From an uncultured Rivularia sp. (GTDB lineage Bacteria > Cyanobacteriota > Cyanobacteriia > Cyanobacteriales > Nostocaceae), in contig OY762007.1 of NCBI GenBank assembly GCA_963665115.1, forward strand, positions 5,472,001 through 5,536,000: DNA of 64,000 bases, in the 5' to 3' direction. Positions 33,452 through 44,025 of the stretch are shown here, in pieces. The notes beneath the pieces were generated by a model. It had not been told where the DNA came from. It saw nothing but the letters and a program-made list of their open reading frames with translations, and searched no databases. Position numbers and translations under genes: made by a program. How positions within the stretch are numbered: the first letter of the stretch is position 1; each line of letters starts with the position of its first letter.

Positions 33452-34870
33452 TTAATTAGAATCACTATATTCACGGTTTCCTATTTCCTTTTTTTTATTT
33501 TTATTAACAAACAAATAAACCTCATCTCGTTGTTTTACTATCTCAAATAATTGATTATTTTTAAGTTTATTTACTAAATTAGCAGCAAATTCTGGATTGC
33601 GAGAACCATCTGGATGACGTACATTTAAGAGAATATATTGAAATTTAGTTAAATCTGGAATTCCACCGCTCAAATCATCTACAAATTGAATTTTTGAACG
33701 ATGACTTAAATGAGGGTAAATACTGTGGGTAGTCAAAACAGCTTCTTTGGTTTCAACTTGCGCTATAGCTTCTTGCGTTGCTTGCCAAGTATCGATGCTT
33801 CTGAGATAGCGCGACCAAAAAAAGCCATATTTTCCTAATGCTAAAAAAGCCACTAACGCCCAGATCAAAATAGTTCTTGGGTTCCGCAGCCAAGATTTAT
33901 TTGCAGCAAGACTGGAAATTAAGGCTAAAATTAAAAACGGTAAAATAGGTAAAGAATACTGGTGAATTAAATCTCGTTGCTCTGGTTTTTGGGAAAGAAT
34001 ATTTATTACCAATGTAGGAATAGCACTCATTAAAGGTACTAGATGCTTTGGTGTTAGTCCCCAAATTACAGGTGCTATTAATAATGCTAAATACCCAAAA
34101 GTAGCTGGTGAAAAAACTTTTCCTAATATTAATTCCGGTTTTAAAAATAAATTAGCGACAATATCTAAAACCGAATCACCCAGATAGCTATAACGAGCAA
34201 CTGCTGCTGCTTCACTATTACTAAAAGTCGGGATAATTAATTGAGTTGCAATCAAAAACCACGAACATCCCGCAATTAAAGCGAAGACACCATATGCCCG
34301 CCGTTTTTCAAATATCAGCAGCCAAAAACCCATCGCCGCTACCGTTAAAGATAACACCGCTTTACAACCCAAAATAAAAATAGTTCCCGCACAAAAACAC
34401 ATAAATTTGTGCGATCGCGCAGCTAAAACTACACCCAAAAATACCGGAATAGCCATCACTTCCGGATGGAATTCAAACAAATTTACGTTAAAAATCAGCG
34501 GGTACAGTAAATAAACTGCCGACATTGTTACAGCTTGATTTTCTTGGAGTGAAGCTTGCTTTGCGAGATAATAAGTTGGAATAGCACCCAAAGCCAAAGA
34601 AACAGCTTGTACCGCTAACAACCAGTAAGCACTAGGGTAAATTTTGTAAAGCAAAGCTAAAGGATAAACAGCCCAAGCTGCATGATTACCCATATGATGA
34701 AAACCTAAAATCGACGAAATAGGCGGTTTTCCTTGACTCATCAGGTAAACAACTTGATCGTAAATTCCTAAATCAAAAGCCCCCGACTGAAACAGCAAGT
34801 GTCTTAAACCGCTACAAACAAATAGCAACATTGCCGCAACAGCACTTAGATTAATAATTTTTGTTTTCAC
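33452..34870 (-). CDS. DUF2079 family polytopic membrane protein (GT-C-like)
   Basis: FDLGIYDQ, GNH, FEFHPE and HQY motifs with about 11 TM segments. Confidence 0.85.
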   Translation of the reverse strand: MKTKIINLSAVAAMLLFVCSGLRHLLFQSGAFDLGIYDQVVYLMSQGKPPISSILGFHHMGNHAAWAVYPLALLYKIYPSAYWLLAVQAVSLALGAIPTYYLAKQASLQENQAVTMSAVYLLYPLIFNVNLFEFHPEVMAIPVFLGVVLAARSHKFMCFCAGTIFILGCKAVLSLTVAAMGFWLLIFEKRRAYGVFALIAGCSWFLIATQLIIPTFSNSEAAAVARYSYLGDSVLDIVANLFLKPELILGKVFSPATFGYLALLIAPVIWGLTPKHLVPLMSAIPTLVINILSQKPEQRDLIHQYSLPILPFLILALISSLAANKSWLRNPRTILIWALVAFLALGKYGFFWSRYLRSIDTWQATQEAIAQVETKEAVLTTHSIYPHLSHRSKIQFVDDLSGGIPDLTKFQYILLNVRHPDGSRNPEFAANLVNKLKNNQLFEIVKQRDEVYLFVNKNKKKEIGNREYSDSN

Positions 34871-34900
34871 CAGAGTTTTATATATTGGGCATTGGGTATT

Positions 34901-34990
34901 GGGGGTAGAGGGAGAAGAGGGGGAAGAGGGGGAAGAGGGGGAAGAGGGGGAAGAGGGGGAAGAGGGGGGAGAGGGGACAAGGGGACAAGG
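34901..34990. repeat. G-rich 9-mer tandem array (GGGGGAAGA)n
   Basis: About eight units followed by GGGGACAA octamers. Confidence 0.9.
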
Positions 34991-35050
34991 AGAAATTTAA
35001 AACCCCTTACTACTTACTACTTACTACTCACTACTAACTCCCAACTCCTA

Positions 35051-35077
35051 ACAGACGTAGCACTGCTACGTCTCTAC
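35051..35077. repeat. REP-like palindrome of the GTAGAGACGTAGCAGTGCTACGTCT class
   Basis: AGACGTAGCACTGCTACGTCT palindrome ending in CTAC. Confidence 0.6.
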
Positions 35078-35119
35078 ACTCTTAACTTCTCCTTGTCCCC
35101 TTCCCCATCTCCCCATCCC

Positions 35120-36401
35120 TTAACCAACCCACAATTCTTGGGCGAATCTGATGGAAAAGGTTGTGAGTAAAATTGCGAAGAAGCCCATAGTTAAATATCC
35201 CCAGCGCGGATGACGGGATAGGAATACACCGAAGGCGATGCTAATCGACACAATACCGTAAACGATGCGACTTAGCGACCAAGTTCCTCCGGAAGCTAAA
35301 ACTAATGCCAAACCACATAAACCATAGGTTGCGGTAACGGGACTCAATTCGTTACGTAGTTTCCATATTAAGTAAGCGCTACCTACAACTGATACAGTGT
35401 TAATTAAAGGGTCGCCAGCTACTAGCCACCAAGTTAAAATTAAAGCCGCAAAACCATAGTCAACTTTGGCTTCACCTATCTTTTTACGAAAGCGCCACAA
35501 TAAGTAACCAAGAACGACAATTAAGCCAAATAATAGCGGTATTACGGGATCTTTTATTCCTCCGTGTTTCCAATTTTCAGTTCCGATAGTTATTTGCATC
35601 AGCATTTTCCACCAGTTTTGCCAATCAAACCCCAAGGATTCGCGCCATCCTTTCTGTGCTTCAACAAAGGCTAATGGTTCGTTAAACGTAACCTTACAAT
35701 ACAGACTAAATAAAAGCACTCCTGCCGCCGTAGATAAACCGGAAATGTAGGCAATGGGTGGTTTGCGCTGCTTCCAAGATGCAATTATTAAAGCTGGAAT
35801 CAATGCTAAACCTGTAGGGCGGGTTGCAGTTGCCAATGCGCCGAATACAGCAGTCAAACCATATCGACTTTTGTCAAAAGCCTGCATCGCCGCAGCACTT
35901 AAAAATAAATACAAACCTTCAGTATAAATAACCCCTGCAAACATTGACGGCGGGACACCAAGCTAATACAGCGGTAGCCCATCGTGCTTCATTCTCGCTA
36001 CGGTAGGACTTTACCCAAAAATATACGCAGTAAATTGCTCCTAAAAATGCTAAATTGTTTACCAGCAATCCAGCAAATTTAAAGGAAAACCCTAAATTCA
36101 TTAACAGCTTGATAATCAAGGTAAACAAAGGGAAAAACGCCACATTATGCATTTTTCCATCATTAATAAACTCATATCCAGTGGTAACTATTTTTTGATA
36201 CTCTTTACTGTCCCAAGCATGAAATACATCTAAACTAAACGTAGCTTCAATTCCTCCGGGTGGTGCTTGCAATAAAGGCGCAATCCCTAACATGACAATC
36301 CAAATTAACAAGCGACTGCCAAACCACATTGCAGCAGGAAATAATAATTCGTTTATATTTGAATCTTTCTTCTTTTTTCTAAGTAACTCAGCTTGCGTCA
36401 T
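35120..36401 (-). CDS. GT-C fold PIG-V/mannosyltransferase-like protein (paralog 2); +1 frameshift at 35952-35954, probably a sequence error
   Basis: ORFs 35919..36401 and 35120..35944 join as WCPPSMFAGVIYTEGL and are collinear with paralog 1 (AWDS, GYEFINDGK, VAFFPL, QKGWR). Confidence 0.85.
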
Positions 36402-36788
36402 AGAGAAGGAGTATGGAATAGCACTGTTTTTTTGCGATTAAATTTATATATTTACGGACAGTTTTAATAAATGTCAATTTTATTTTTATGAGTTTGTTGA
36501 ATAAATAAATTAGTTTAAATAACTATACAATTTTTTAGATAAGAGCAAGTGGCCAAGTATATAAGTATACGTAATATAAAAATTTTGCAAATCGCAGGCA
36601 ATTTACTAGCTTTCTTGTGGTAAAATCCATCGATAACGAAGGTTTGATTGGCGACTAGTAAGGAGACGAGAGCGTATAAGTCTTAGACTGTTAGACTCCG
36701 TGCTTAATACTAAACGCTGACTTTTGCTAGTACTACCATTCAGAAAATTTTGAATTTAAAACTAAAAACCAAAAAAGCAGTTTATATT

Positions 36789-36897
36789 TAGTCGTTCCAA
36801 TTAATTGGCAAGGGTGCGAGCCGAAAAGCTCCTTAGTTACCAGGGAACAAGATAGTCCAATTGGTAATCATCTGTTTTTTCCGCAGAAATGGCTATA
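36789..36897. mobile_element. degenerate MITE-like element with a REP-like core
   Basis: TAGTCGTTCCAATT...GAAATGGCTATA ends resemble those of 50688-50795; the GTGCGAGCCGAAAAGCTC core resembles 48082. Confidence 0.5.
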
Positions 36898-36922
36898 AAT
36901 AAAAAATAAGTAAAACCAGTTT

Positions 36923-37891
36923 ATGACAAAATTGATTATTCAAATTCCCTGTTATAACGAAGAAGCGACATTAGGGACTACACTTTCAGAGTTACCGAAG
37001 CAAATATATGGCGTTGATTCTATAGAATTTTTAGTAATTGATGATGGTAGTAAAGATAGAACTGTAGAAGTTGCCAAAGCTTTCGGTGTAGAGCATATTG
37101 TTAGCTTGCCGCATAATCAAGGTCTTGCAAAAGCTTTTATGGCAGGTTTAGAAGCTTCTTTAAAAGCAGGAGCCGACATTATTGTTAATACCGATGCAGA
37201 TAATCAATACTGCGCTGACGATATTTCTAAACTTATAGAACCAATTATTTATAGACAAGCAGATATTGTAGTTGGTGCCAGACCAATTTGGAAAACAAAA
37301 CACTTTTCCTTAATAAAAAAGCTGCTACAAAAATTTGGTAGTTGGGTAGTTCGTCGTGCCAGCAACACTAATATTCCCGATGCTCCCAGCGGTTTTCGTG
37401 CATTTAATCGCGAAGCAGCTTTAAGATTTAACGTATTTAATCAATATACATATACTTTAGAAACAATTATTCAAGCCGGACAAAAAGGTATGAAAATTGT
37501 TTCCATACCGATTAGAACAAACTTTGTAGTTCGTCCATCACGTTTAGTTAAAAGTAACCTTTCTTATGTAGTGCGATCGCTCTTTACGATTCTTCGCATT
37601 TTCATGCTGTACAGGCCATTGCGTTTTTTCTTCATTTCAGGTAGCCTTCCATTCAGTCTAGGAGTCATGCTAGGCATACGCTGGCTAACATTTTTCTTCA
37701 TGGGAACCGAACGTACTCGCATCCCCAGCTTGATTCTCGCAGCAATTTTAATATTGATCGGTTTTCAACTATGGATGTTCGGTTTAGTAGCAGATTTAAT
37801 GGCAGCAAATCGTCAATTACTAGAAGACACTCAATTACGAATGCGTCGTCAGGAAATGGAAGGAGGAAAAACAGTGAGCAGTTATCAGTGA
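36923..37891 (+). CDS. GT2 glycosyltransferase, DPM1-like, with C-terminal TM helices
   Basis: IPCYNEE, IDDGSKD, NTDADNQY and DAPSGFRAF motifs. Confidence 0.92.
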   Translation: MTKLIIQIPCYNEEATLGTTLSELPKQIYGVDSIEFLVIDDGSKDRTVEVAKAFGVEHIVSLPHNQGLAKAFMAGLEASLKAGADIIVNTDADNQYCADDISKLIEPIIYRQADIVVGARPIWKTKHFSLIKKLLQKFGSWVVRRASNTNIPDAPSGFRAFNREAALRFNVFNQYTYTLETIIQAGQKGMKIVSIPIRTNFVVRPSRLVKSNLSYVVRSLFTILRIFMLYRPLRFFFISGSLPFSLGVMLGIRWLTFFFMGTERTRIPSLILAAILILIGFQLWMFGLVADLMAANRQLLEDTQLRMRRQEMEGGKTVSSYQ

Positions 37892-38041
37892 ACAGCGAGC
37901 AGTTAGGAGTTAGAGGTTAGGAGTTAGGAGTTAAGAGTTAAGAATATTGAGTTAAAAGTTAAGAATCTTCTACCCCTTCTACCCCCTCTACCCCTTCTAC
38001 CCCCTCTCCCCATCTCCCCATCTCCCCATCCCCAATGCCCA
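37892..38041. repeat. composite STRR and 9-mer tract
   Basis: (GGAGTTA)n, then (TCTACCCCY)n, (CCCCATCT)n and (CCCAATG)n. Confidence 0.85.
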
Positions 38042-39688
38042 ATGCCGAACAAAGACTTATTCGCAATTGAAGCTTTAGCTCAAATCCCTAAGATATTAAC
38101 TTTATTAGATCGCAACCCCCACAGCCCAACTTATGGTTGCTTCGATCGTAATTTTTGGCATTACAAAATCATTGATTTTCCTAGTGGGATGGCGCAGGAA
38201 TTTGTATTTCCTTTAGCTTTAATTTACGATACTGATGTGCCAAATAATCCGTTTTATCATCAGCCTGCGATTAAAGATTGGGTGGAAGCGGGGATTTGTT
38301 ATGCAGCTCGCAGCGCTCATAAAGATGGTTCATGCGATGATTATTTTCCTTTTGAACGAGCTTCGGGGGCTGCTGCTTTTTCTCTGTTAGCTTGTATTGA
38401 AAGCTATATACTTTTAGATTTAAAATCTAATTTAGAAAGTAATTTAGAAAATAAACAATTAGATAATCAAGCTATTTTAAACTTTTTTACTAAACGTGCA
38501 GACTGGTTGGCAGAGCATCATGAAAGCGGACGGTTAACCAATCATCAAGCGTTAATTGTTTTATGTTTGGAAAGATTATCGCAACTTTTAAAAACTCCTC
38601 GATGGGATAAAGCGAAAGTACAGCGTTTGGAACGTGTTTTATCTTGGCAAAATGATGAAGGCTGGTTTATTGAATATGAAGGCTGCGACCCAGGATATCA
38701 TACTTTAACTATTTCTTGTTTGGCACGAATTTATCAGTTAAATCCAGATATACGCATCAAAGAAGCATTAATTAAAGCTGTAAATTTAGCTGCCGAATTT
38801 GTACATCCCGATGGTTCCTATGGTGGGGAATATACCAGCCGCAACACCTATAACTTTTTTCCCTACGGTTTTGAATTAGTTGGGGAATGGATGCCGGAAG
38901 CGCTACAAATTAATCAGCGTTTTTTACAGGGTTTAGCGAATGGATTATCTCCCTGTTACGCTGACGACCATATTATTGGACATCATACATGGAATTATCT
39001 GTTAGCTTGGCGGAATTTTGTAGAAAAAAGACCATCAGTAAATATCTCTCAAAATCAATCTCAAAAATATCGGATTTGGTTACAAAATGCCAAAATATTA
39101 ATCGATCGCCGCGAACATACACAGTTATATTTAGCATTAAATAAAGGCGGGGTTTTCAAGTTATTTCGGGATAATAAATTAGTCGTTGCCGATACGCAAA
39201 TTTCTTTACAGGTACGAGATCAAGGCAAAATAAAAAATGCGGTAGGACATTTAGTCGCACCTTACAGAATAAATATTAACGATGACGAGATTACTGTCAG
39301 CGGGAATCTAGGGTGGGCAAAACAAAAACAAATGACACCAATCAATTTACTTATTTTAAGAGTTGTGATGTTAACTGTGGGGAGATTCTTTCCCGATTTA
39401 ATTCGCAAGCTATTACAAAGGGTTTTAATTGTTGGTAAAAACGATGCTCCTTTTCAATTTACTCGGAGATTCTTCTGGCAAGATGGAAAATGGCATATTG
39501 TCGATAAACTGGAAGCGAAAACTTGGGATAACGTGATTTCTGCGGGTATTGGCTGCGATCAAACTTCTATTTATGTTGTGATGAGTCGTACATTCCAAAA
39601 AAGTCAATTACAACCTTGGCTAGATTTAACAGACGAAGTTAAAAAACTCGCTGCTTCTCAACCATTAAAAATCGAGCGCAAATTATAA
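38042..39688 (+). CDS. uncharacterised protein, predicted alpha/alpha-toroid N-terminal region plus beta-rich C-terminal region
   Basis: Repeated HKDGS, QNDEGW and HPDGS turn motifs after helices; 548 aa; no signal peptide. Confidence 0.75.
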   Translation: MPNKDLFAIEALAQIPKILTLLDRNPHSPTYGCFDRNFWHYKIIDFPSGMAQEFVFPLALIYDTDVPNNPFYHQPAIKDWVEAGICYAARSAHKDGSCDDYFPFERASGAAAFSLLACIESYILLDLKSNLESNLENKQLDNQAILNFFTKRADWLAEHHESGRLTNHQALIVLCLERLSQLLKTPRWDKAKVQRLERVLSWQNDEGWFIEYEGCDPGYHTLTISCLARIYQLNPDIRIKEALIKAVNLAAEFVHPDGSYGGEYTSRNTYNFFPYGFELVGEWMPEALQINQRFLQGLANGLSPCYADDHIIGHHTWNYLLAWRNFVEKRPSVNISQNQSQKYRIWLQNAKILIDRREHTQLYLALNKGGVFKLFRDNKLVVADTQISLQVRDQGKIKNAVGHLVAPYRININDDEITVSGNLGWAKQKQMTPINLLILRVVMLTVGRFFPDLIRKLLQRVLIVGKNDAPFQFTRRFFWQDGKWHIVDKLEAKTWDNVISAGIGCDQTSIYVVMSRTFQKSQLQPWLDLTDEVKKLAASQPLKIERKL

Positions 39689-39700
39689 AAATATTAAAAT

Positions 39701-40651
39701 ATGAAAAAGCTGATTTCTATCGCTGTTAGTTTAACAATTTTGATAATAATTTACTGGAAAATAGATTTTCCTAGATTGATAGAAGTATTTCAAAATAGCG
39801 ATAAACTTTGGATGGTAATTAGTTTGGGGATGGTTGTACCCTTAACAATGCTAACAGCTTGGCGCTTGCAACAGCTTACTCCGAGTCGTACCCGTTTGGG
39901 ATTTGGTGAAGCAAACCATTTGATTTTAACAGCTAGCGTATTAAATATGGTATTGCCCTCAAAAATGGGTGATATAGTAAAAGCTTATTTTATTAAAGAA
40001 AGAGGACATTTAGAAGGTTCGCTGTCTTTATCTTTGGTAGTATTTGAAAAAGCCTGCGATATGCTATCGCTGTTGCTATGGTGTGCCTTTGGATTAACGC
40101 TTTACCCTCAAAAAGATTGGCTGTTCTGGATAATGACAGCTAGCGTTGTTTTTGGTTTAATTATCGGAATATTATTAATTGCTTCTCGTCAGTTTGCTAA
40201 TTTGATATTTCAGTTTACGGGTAGAATTGCACCTCAAAAAATAAGCTTAAAAATAGGCAAACTGCGCGATTCTTGGAGCGAAATGCATAAATATTTTTGG
40301 AAAGACAAACGGCATCTTTTAAAAATTACTTTGACTTCAGTTATTATTTGGTTCGGACATTTATTACAAATATGGTTTTTCACCCTTGCCCTAAAAGCTT
40401 GGGTTCCTTTCTTAACACATTTAGCATTAGCGCCTCTGGCAATTTTAGCGGGTTTACTACCACTTACTTTTGCTGGAGTTGGAACAAGAGATGCTGCTTT
40501 GATTGCTTTTTATCAGCCATATTTAAATGCTCCCACCGCTGCGGCTTTAGGTTTACTCTGTACTTCCCGATATTTACTACCAGCCCTGGGAGGACTTCCT
40601 TTTCTGGGCAAATATTTAACTACAATCAAAAAAATGCGCGGTCAGAATTAA
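39701..40651 (+). CDS. lysylphosphatidylglycerol-synthase TM-domain (flippase-like) protein
   Basis: AWRLQQL, NMVLPSKMGDIVKAY, EKACD and PLTFAGVGTRD motifs; polytopic. Confidence 0.88.
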   Translation: MKKLISIAVSLTILIIIYWKIDFPRLIEVFQNSDKLWMVISLGMVVPLTMLTAWRLQQLTPSRTRLGFGEANHLILTASVLNMVLPSKMGDIVKAYFIKERGHLEGSLSLSLVVFEKACDMLSLLLWCAFGLTLYPQKDWLFWIMTASVVFGLIIGILLIASRQFANLIFQFTGRIAPQKISLKIGKLRDSWSEMHKYFWKDKRHLLKITLTSVIIWFGHLLQIWFFTLALKAWVPFLTHLALAPLAILAGLLPLTFAGVGTRDAALIAFYQPYLNAPTAAALGLLCTSRYLLPALGGLPFLGKYLTTIKKMRGQN

Positions 40652-40741
40652 AAGGGAGTAGAGAGTAGAGAGTTGGGAATTGGGAATTAGGAATAGAAGA
40701 GATAATAATTATTAAATTAATATCATATAAAACTAGAAACT

Positions 40742-42304
40742 ATGCAGCAAAATATATTAGTTAACTCACATCAAAACAGTAAACCCAATCAAAAATATCT
40801 GAATTTATTTTCTCCTCAAAAACTGTCTTGGATTATTATTAGTTTTGGTATTGCAATCAGACTTGTACAATATTTCTACAATCGTTCTTTGTGGGCTGAT
40901 GAAGCAGTGTTAGCACTAAATATTGTTAATCGTTCTTACTTAGAGCTATTACAACCTTTAGATTACGATCAAGGAGCGCCTTTTGGATTTCTGATAGTTG
41001 AGAAACTAGCAATTCAAATTTTTGGTAATAATGAATATGCTTTGAGATTATTTCCTTTACTGTCGGGAATTATTTCTTTCTTTCTGCTTTATCGATTGGC
41101 GAAAATATTCCTTCGCGGATATGCAGTTCCCATAGCTTTAGCCTTTTTTGCTAGCTTGAATCAATTAATTTACTATGCAACTGAATTAAAACAGTATTCA
41201 AGCGATGTCGCTATTGCATTATTTGGGTGCTTGCTGGTAACAGAGATTTTTAGAAAAAGACTGAGCATTAAAAAAGTAATATTGTTCTCTGTCTTAGGAG
41301 CATTAACTATTTGGTTTTCCCATCCAGCTATTTTTGTATTAGCTGGTTTTGGAGCTAGTTACTTGGTAATTGATGTTTTTCAACTAAGAAATAAAAATTA
41401 TCAAAGCAATCAAATATTTAAAGTTTTACTTATATATTCATCTTGGTTAATCAGCTTTGCACTATTTTATTTTGTTTCCATACAAAGTTTAAATAAAAAT
41501 GACACATTAATGACATCTTGGAAAAATGCTTTTCCTTCTTCTGTTTTTGATATCATTTGGCTATTTGATGCCTTTGGTAAGTTTTTCTACGATCCATTAG
41601 GTTTTAAAGGAATAATGGATGGAGTTGCCATTTTAGCCTTTGTAATTGGTTGTATATCGTTATTTTACCGACAAAAATCAAAACTTTTAATTATACTTTC
41701 TCCATTAATTGTCACGTTTGTCGCTGCTTATTTACAAAAGTATCCATTTGGCGGACGTTTGGTTTTATTCCTGACTCCTTTTTTCATTTTGTTAATTGCA
41801 GAAGGAATAGAATGTTTGATCAGAAAAACTCGTTCAAAACTTGCATTCATAGCCGGAATCATACTTTTAATATCGTTAATTTTTCAACCTATAAGCAAAG
41901 CTAGTAATCTTTTAGTAAATCCACATTGGAATGAAGAAATTAAGCTAGTACTTAATTATGTAAAATCTAACGAGCAACCTTCAGATATTTTATATATTTT
42001 TCAAAGAGGGCACTATCAGTTTTTGTATTATGCAGATAAATATGGTTATCAACAAGGAGATTATATTATTGGAGTAGACGATCTAGATAAGTATGATGGC
42101 AGAAATTTATCAGATAACGAACGCAAAAGATATGAAAACGATTTAAACCAGCTTCGTGGGAATAAACGAGTATGGGTAATATTTTCTCACTCTCATGTAG
42201 GTGCTGAGAATACAATGATGAAGTCTTATTTAGATCAAATAGGCAAGCAAATTGATTACTTTAAAAGTTCTGGCGCATTCGTTTATTTATACGATTTATC
42301 TTAA
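40742..42304 (+). CDS. GT-C fold membrane glycosyltransferase (PMT/ArnT-like)
   Basis: RSLWADEA acidic loop motif after TM1, EYALRLFP and ELKQYS motifs, and a soluble C-terminal domain. Confidence 0.85.
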   Translation: MQQNILVNSHQNSKPNQKYLNLFSPQKLSWIIISFGIAIRLVQYFYNRSLWADEAVLALNIVNRSYLELLQPLDYDQGAPFGFLIVEKLAIQIFGNNEYALRLFPLLSGIISFFLLYRLAKIFLRGYAVPIALAFFASLNQLIYYATELKQYSSDVAIALFGCLLVTEIFRKRLSIKKVILFSVLGALTIWFSHPAIFVLAGFGASYLVIDVFQLRNKNYQSNQIFKVLLIYSSWLISFALFYFVSIQSLNKNDTLMTSWKNAFPSSVFDIIWLFDAFGKFFYDPLGFKGIMDGVAILAFVIGCISLFYRQKSKLLIILSPLIVTFVAAYLQKYPFGGRLVLFLTPFFILLIAEGIECLIRKTRSKLAFIAGIILLISLIFQPISKASNLLVNPHWNEEIKLVLNYVKSNEQPSDILYIFQRGHYQFLYYADKYGYQQGDYIIGVDDLDKYDGRNLSDNERKRYENDLNQLRGNKRVWVIFSHSHVGAENTMMKSYLDQIGKQIDYFKSSGAFVYLYDLS

Positions 42305-42432
42305 GTTTTAAAAACGGAAAAGGAGCAAAAATGCTCGCACTATGATACATTTATTTATTGTTCTTTGAATTTAATTTATAACTAGTTTTATATAAATAAA
42401 ATCTGATTTATATACAGAAAGAAGGCTGTTTA

Positions 42433-43995
42433 ATGACAAATATAACCTTACTAAACAAAGAAACGAAATCGCATAAGAAACTCAGTGTAGTTAAACTTAT
42501 TGCAGTCATCATCGCAATCGGAATATTTTTTAGATTTTATAATTTAGACCAGAAAACTTACTGGTATGATGAAACAATGACTTCTGTACGTATTTCTGGA
42601 TACGTCAGCCCAGAATTAACAAAAGAAGTCTATAACGGCAAGGTTATTAGTGTTGAAAACTTCCTGCAAACTTATCAGTATCCTAACGACACAAGAAACC
42701 TTAACGACACTATTAAAGCTTTAGCCCAAAATCCAGAACATTCGCCTCTTTACTACCTAATGGCGCGTTTTTGGTTGCAAGCCACGGGTAATTCCATATT
42801 TAATATTAGATTATTATCTGCTTTGATAAGCTTGCTGGCGTTTCCTGCAATCTACTGGTTAACTCAGGAATTATTTAATTCTAAATTAGTTTCTTGGGTG
42901 TCAGTTTGCTTAATAGCTATTTCACCTTTTCATGTTTTATATGCTCAAGAAGCACGAGAATATAGCTTATGGATTGTGAGCATCTTTGTTTCTTGTGCGG
43001 CACTACTTTGGGCAATTAGAAAGAAAAAAATACTTCCTTGGATTGTTTACGGTACTACTGTATCTTTAGGACTTTATACTCATCCTTTTTCTGCATTTTT
43101 ATTTGTAGGGCATGGTATATACGTTTTGGTTAGCGAAAGTCTCCGATTAACTAAAGCCTTGAAAAATTATATACTTGCTAGTTTATTCGGTATATTACTT
43201 TTTGTTCCTTGGCTGTTAGTTGTTATCGCTAATTTTGCCAACCTTTTAGTTAATACAGATCACGTTAACAGAATTGCTAAAGGATTGTTGCCTATTTTAT
43301 GGGGGCTAAATCTGAGCCGGATTTTTATAGATCTAAACCAAGGTATTAGTCTTTTTAATCCGCTGACTTATCTCAGTTTATTTTTCGCCGTTTATGCATT
43401 ATATTTTTTATGTAAAAATGCACCAAAAGCTGGACTATTTATTATTACTTTAATAGGAGTGCTTGGAATAGCTTTAATAGTCCCAGATATTATCATATCA
43501 GGTCGCCGTTCTACTTTTGCTCGCTATGCAACACCTTGTTTATTAGGAATTCAAGTTGCAGTATCATATTTATTAGCTACTAAATTAAGGGAAAAATATA
43601 ATGAGAAAAAAGGATTTAAAAAATGGCGAAATATTGTTATTGTTTTGATTGTGGGAGGTATTTTATCTAGTACGATTAGCTCTCAATTTCCCATGTGGTG
43701 GAATAAAGGTCCTTTCAAAACTCGCCATACAACTGAAGTAGTTAATATGATAAATCAGTCAGAAAATCCTTTGGTCATTAGTGATATTCCACCTAATGAA
43801 TTACTTGGATTAACTCATGTATTGCAGGAAAATGTACATCTTCAGTTAATATCGTCGGCGAAAATTCCACAGATCCCAGCATCTTTTGAAGAAATTTTTA
43901 TTTATCGTTCTTCTGATGAATTACTAGCTAAATATCAAACTGAATATGAGATTAAAAAAATCGAGCCTTTTTTATGGAAAGTGAAACAAAGATAA
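42433..43995 (+). CDS. GT-C fold membrane glycosyltransferase (family 39-like)
   Basis: YWYDE, PEHSPLYY and YAQEAREYSLW motifs; polytopic. Confidence 0.88.
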   Translation: MTNITLLNKETKSHKKLSVVKLIAVIIAIGIFFRFYNLDQKTYWYDETMTSVRISGYVSPELTKEVYNGKVISVENFLQTYQYPNDTRNLNDTIKALAQNPEHSPLYYLMARFWLQATGNSIFNIRLLSALISLLAFPAIYWLTQELFNSKLVSWVSVCLIAISPFHVLYAQEAREYSLWIVSIFVSCAALLWAIRKKKILPWIVYGTTVSLGLYTHPFSAFLFVGHGIYVLVSESLRLTKALKNYILASLFGILLFVPWLLVVIANFANLLVNTDHVNRIAKGLLPILWGLNLSRIFIDLNQGISLFNPLTYLSLFFAVYALYFLCKNAPKAGLFIITLIGVLGIALIVPDIIISGRRSTFARYATPCLLGIQVAVSYLLATKLREKYNEKKGFKKWRNIVIVLIVGGILSSTISSQFPMWWNKGPFKTRHTTEVVNMINQSENPLVISDIPPNELLGLTHVLQENVHLQLISSAKIPQIPASFEEIFIYRSSDELLAKYQTEYEIKKIEPFLWKVKQR

Positions 43996-44025
43996 TTTCA
44001 ATTTCTAACTATTAATATCTTAACT

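Noticed and set aside
34892..35170. ORF encoding (GRG)n repeats, resembling an RGG protein
   Set aside because: It is the translation of the 9-mer and STRR repeat tract, lies antisense to the operon and has no start context
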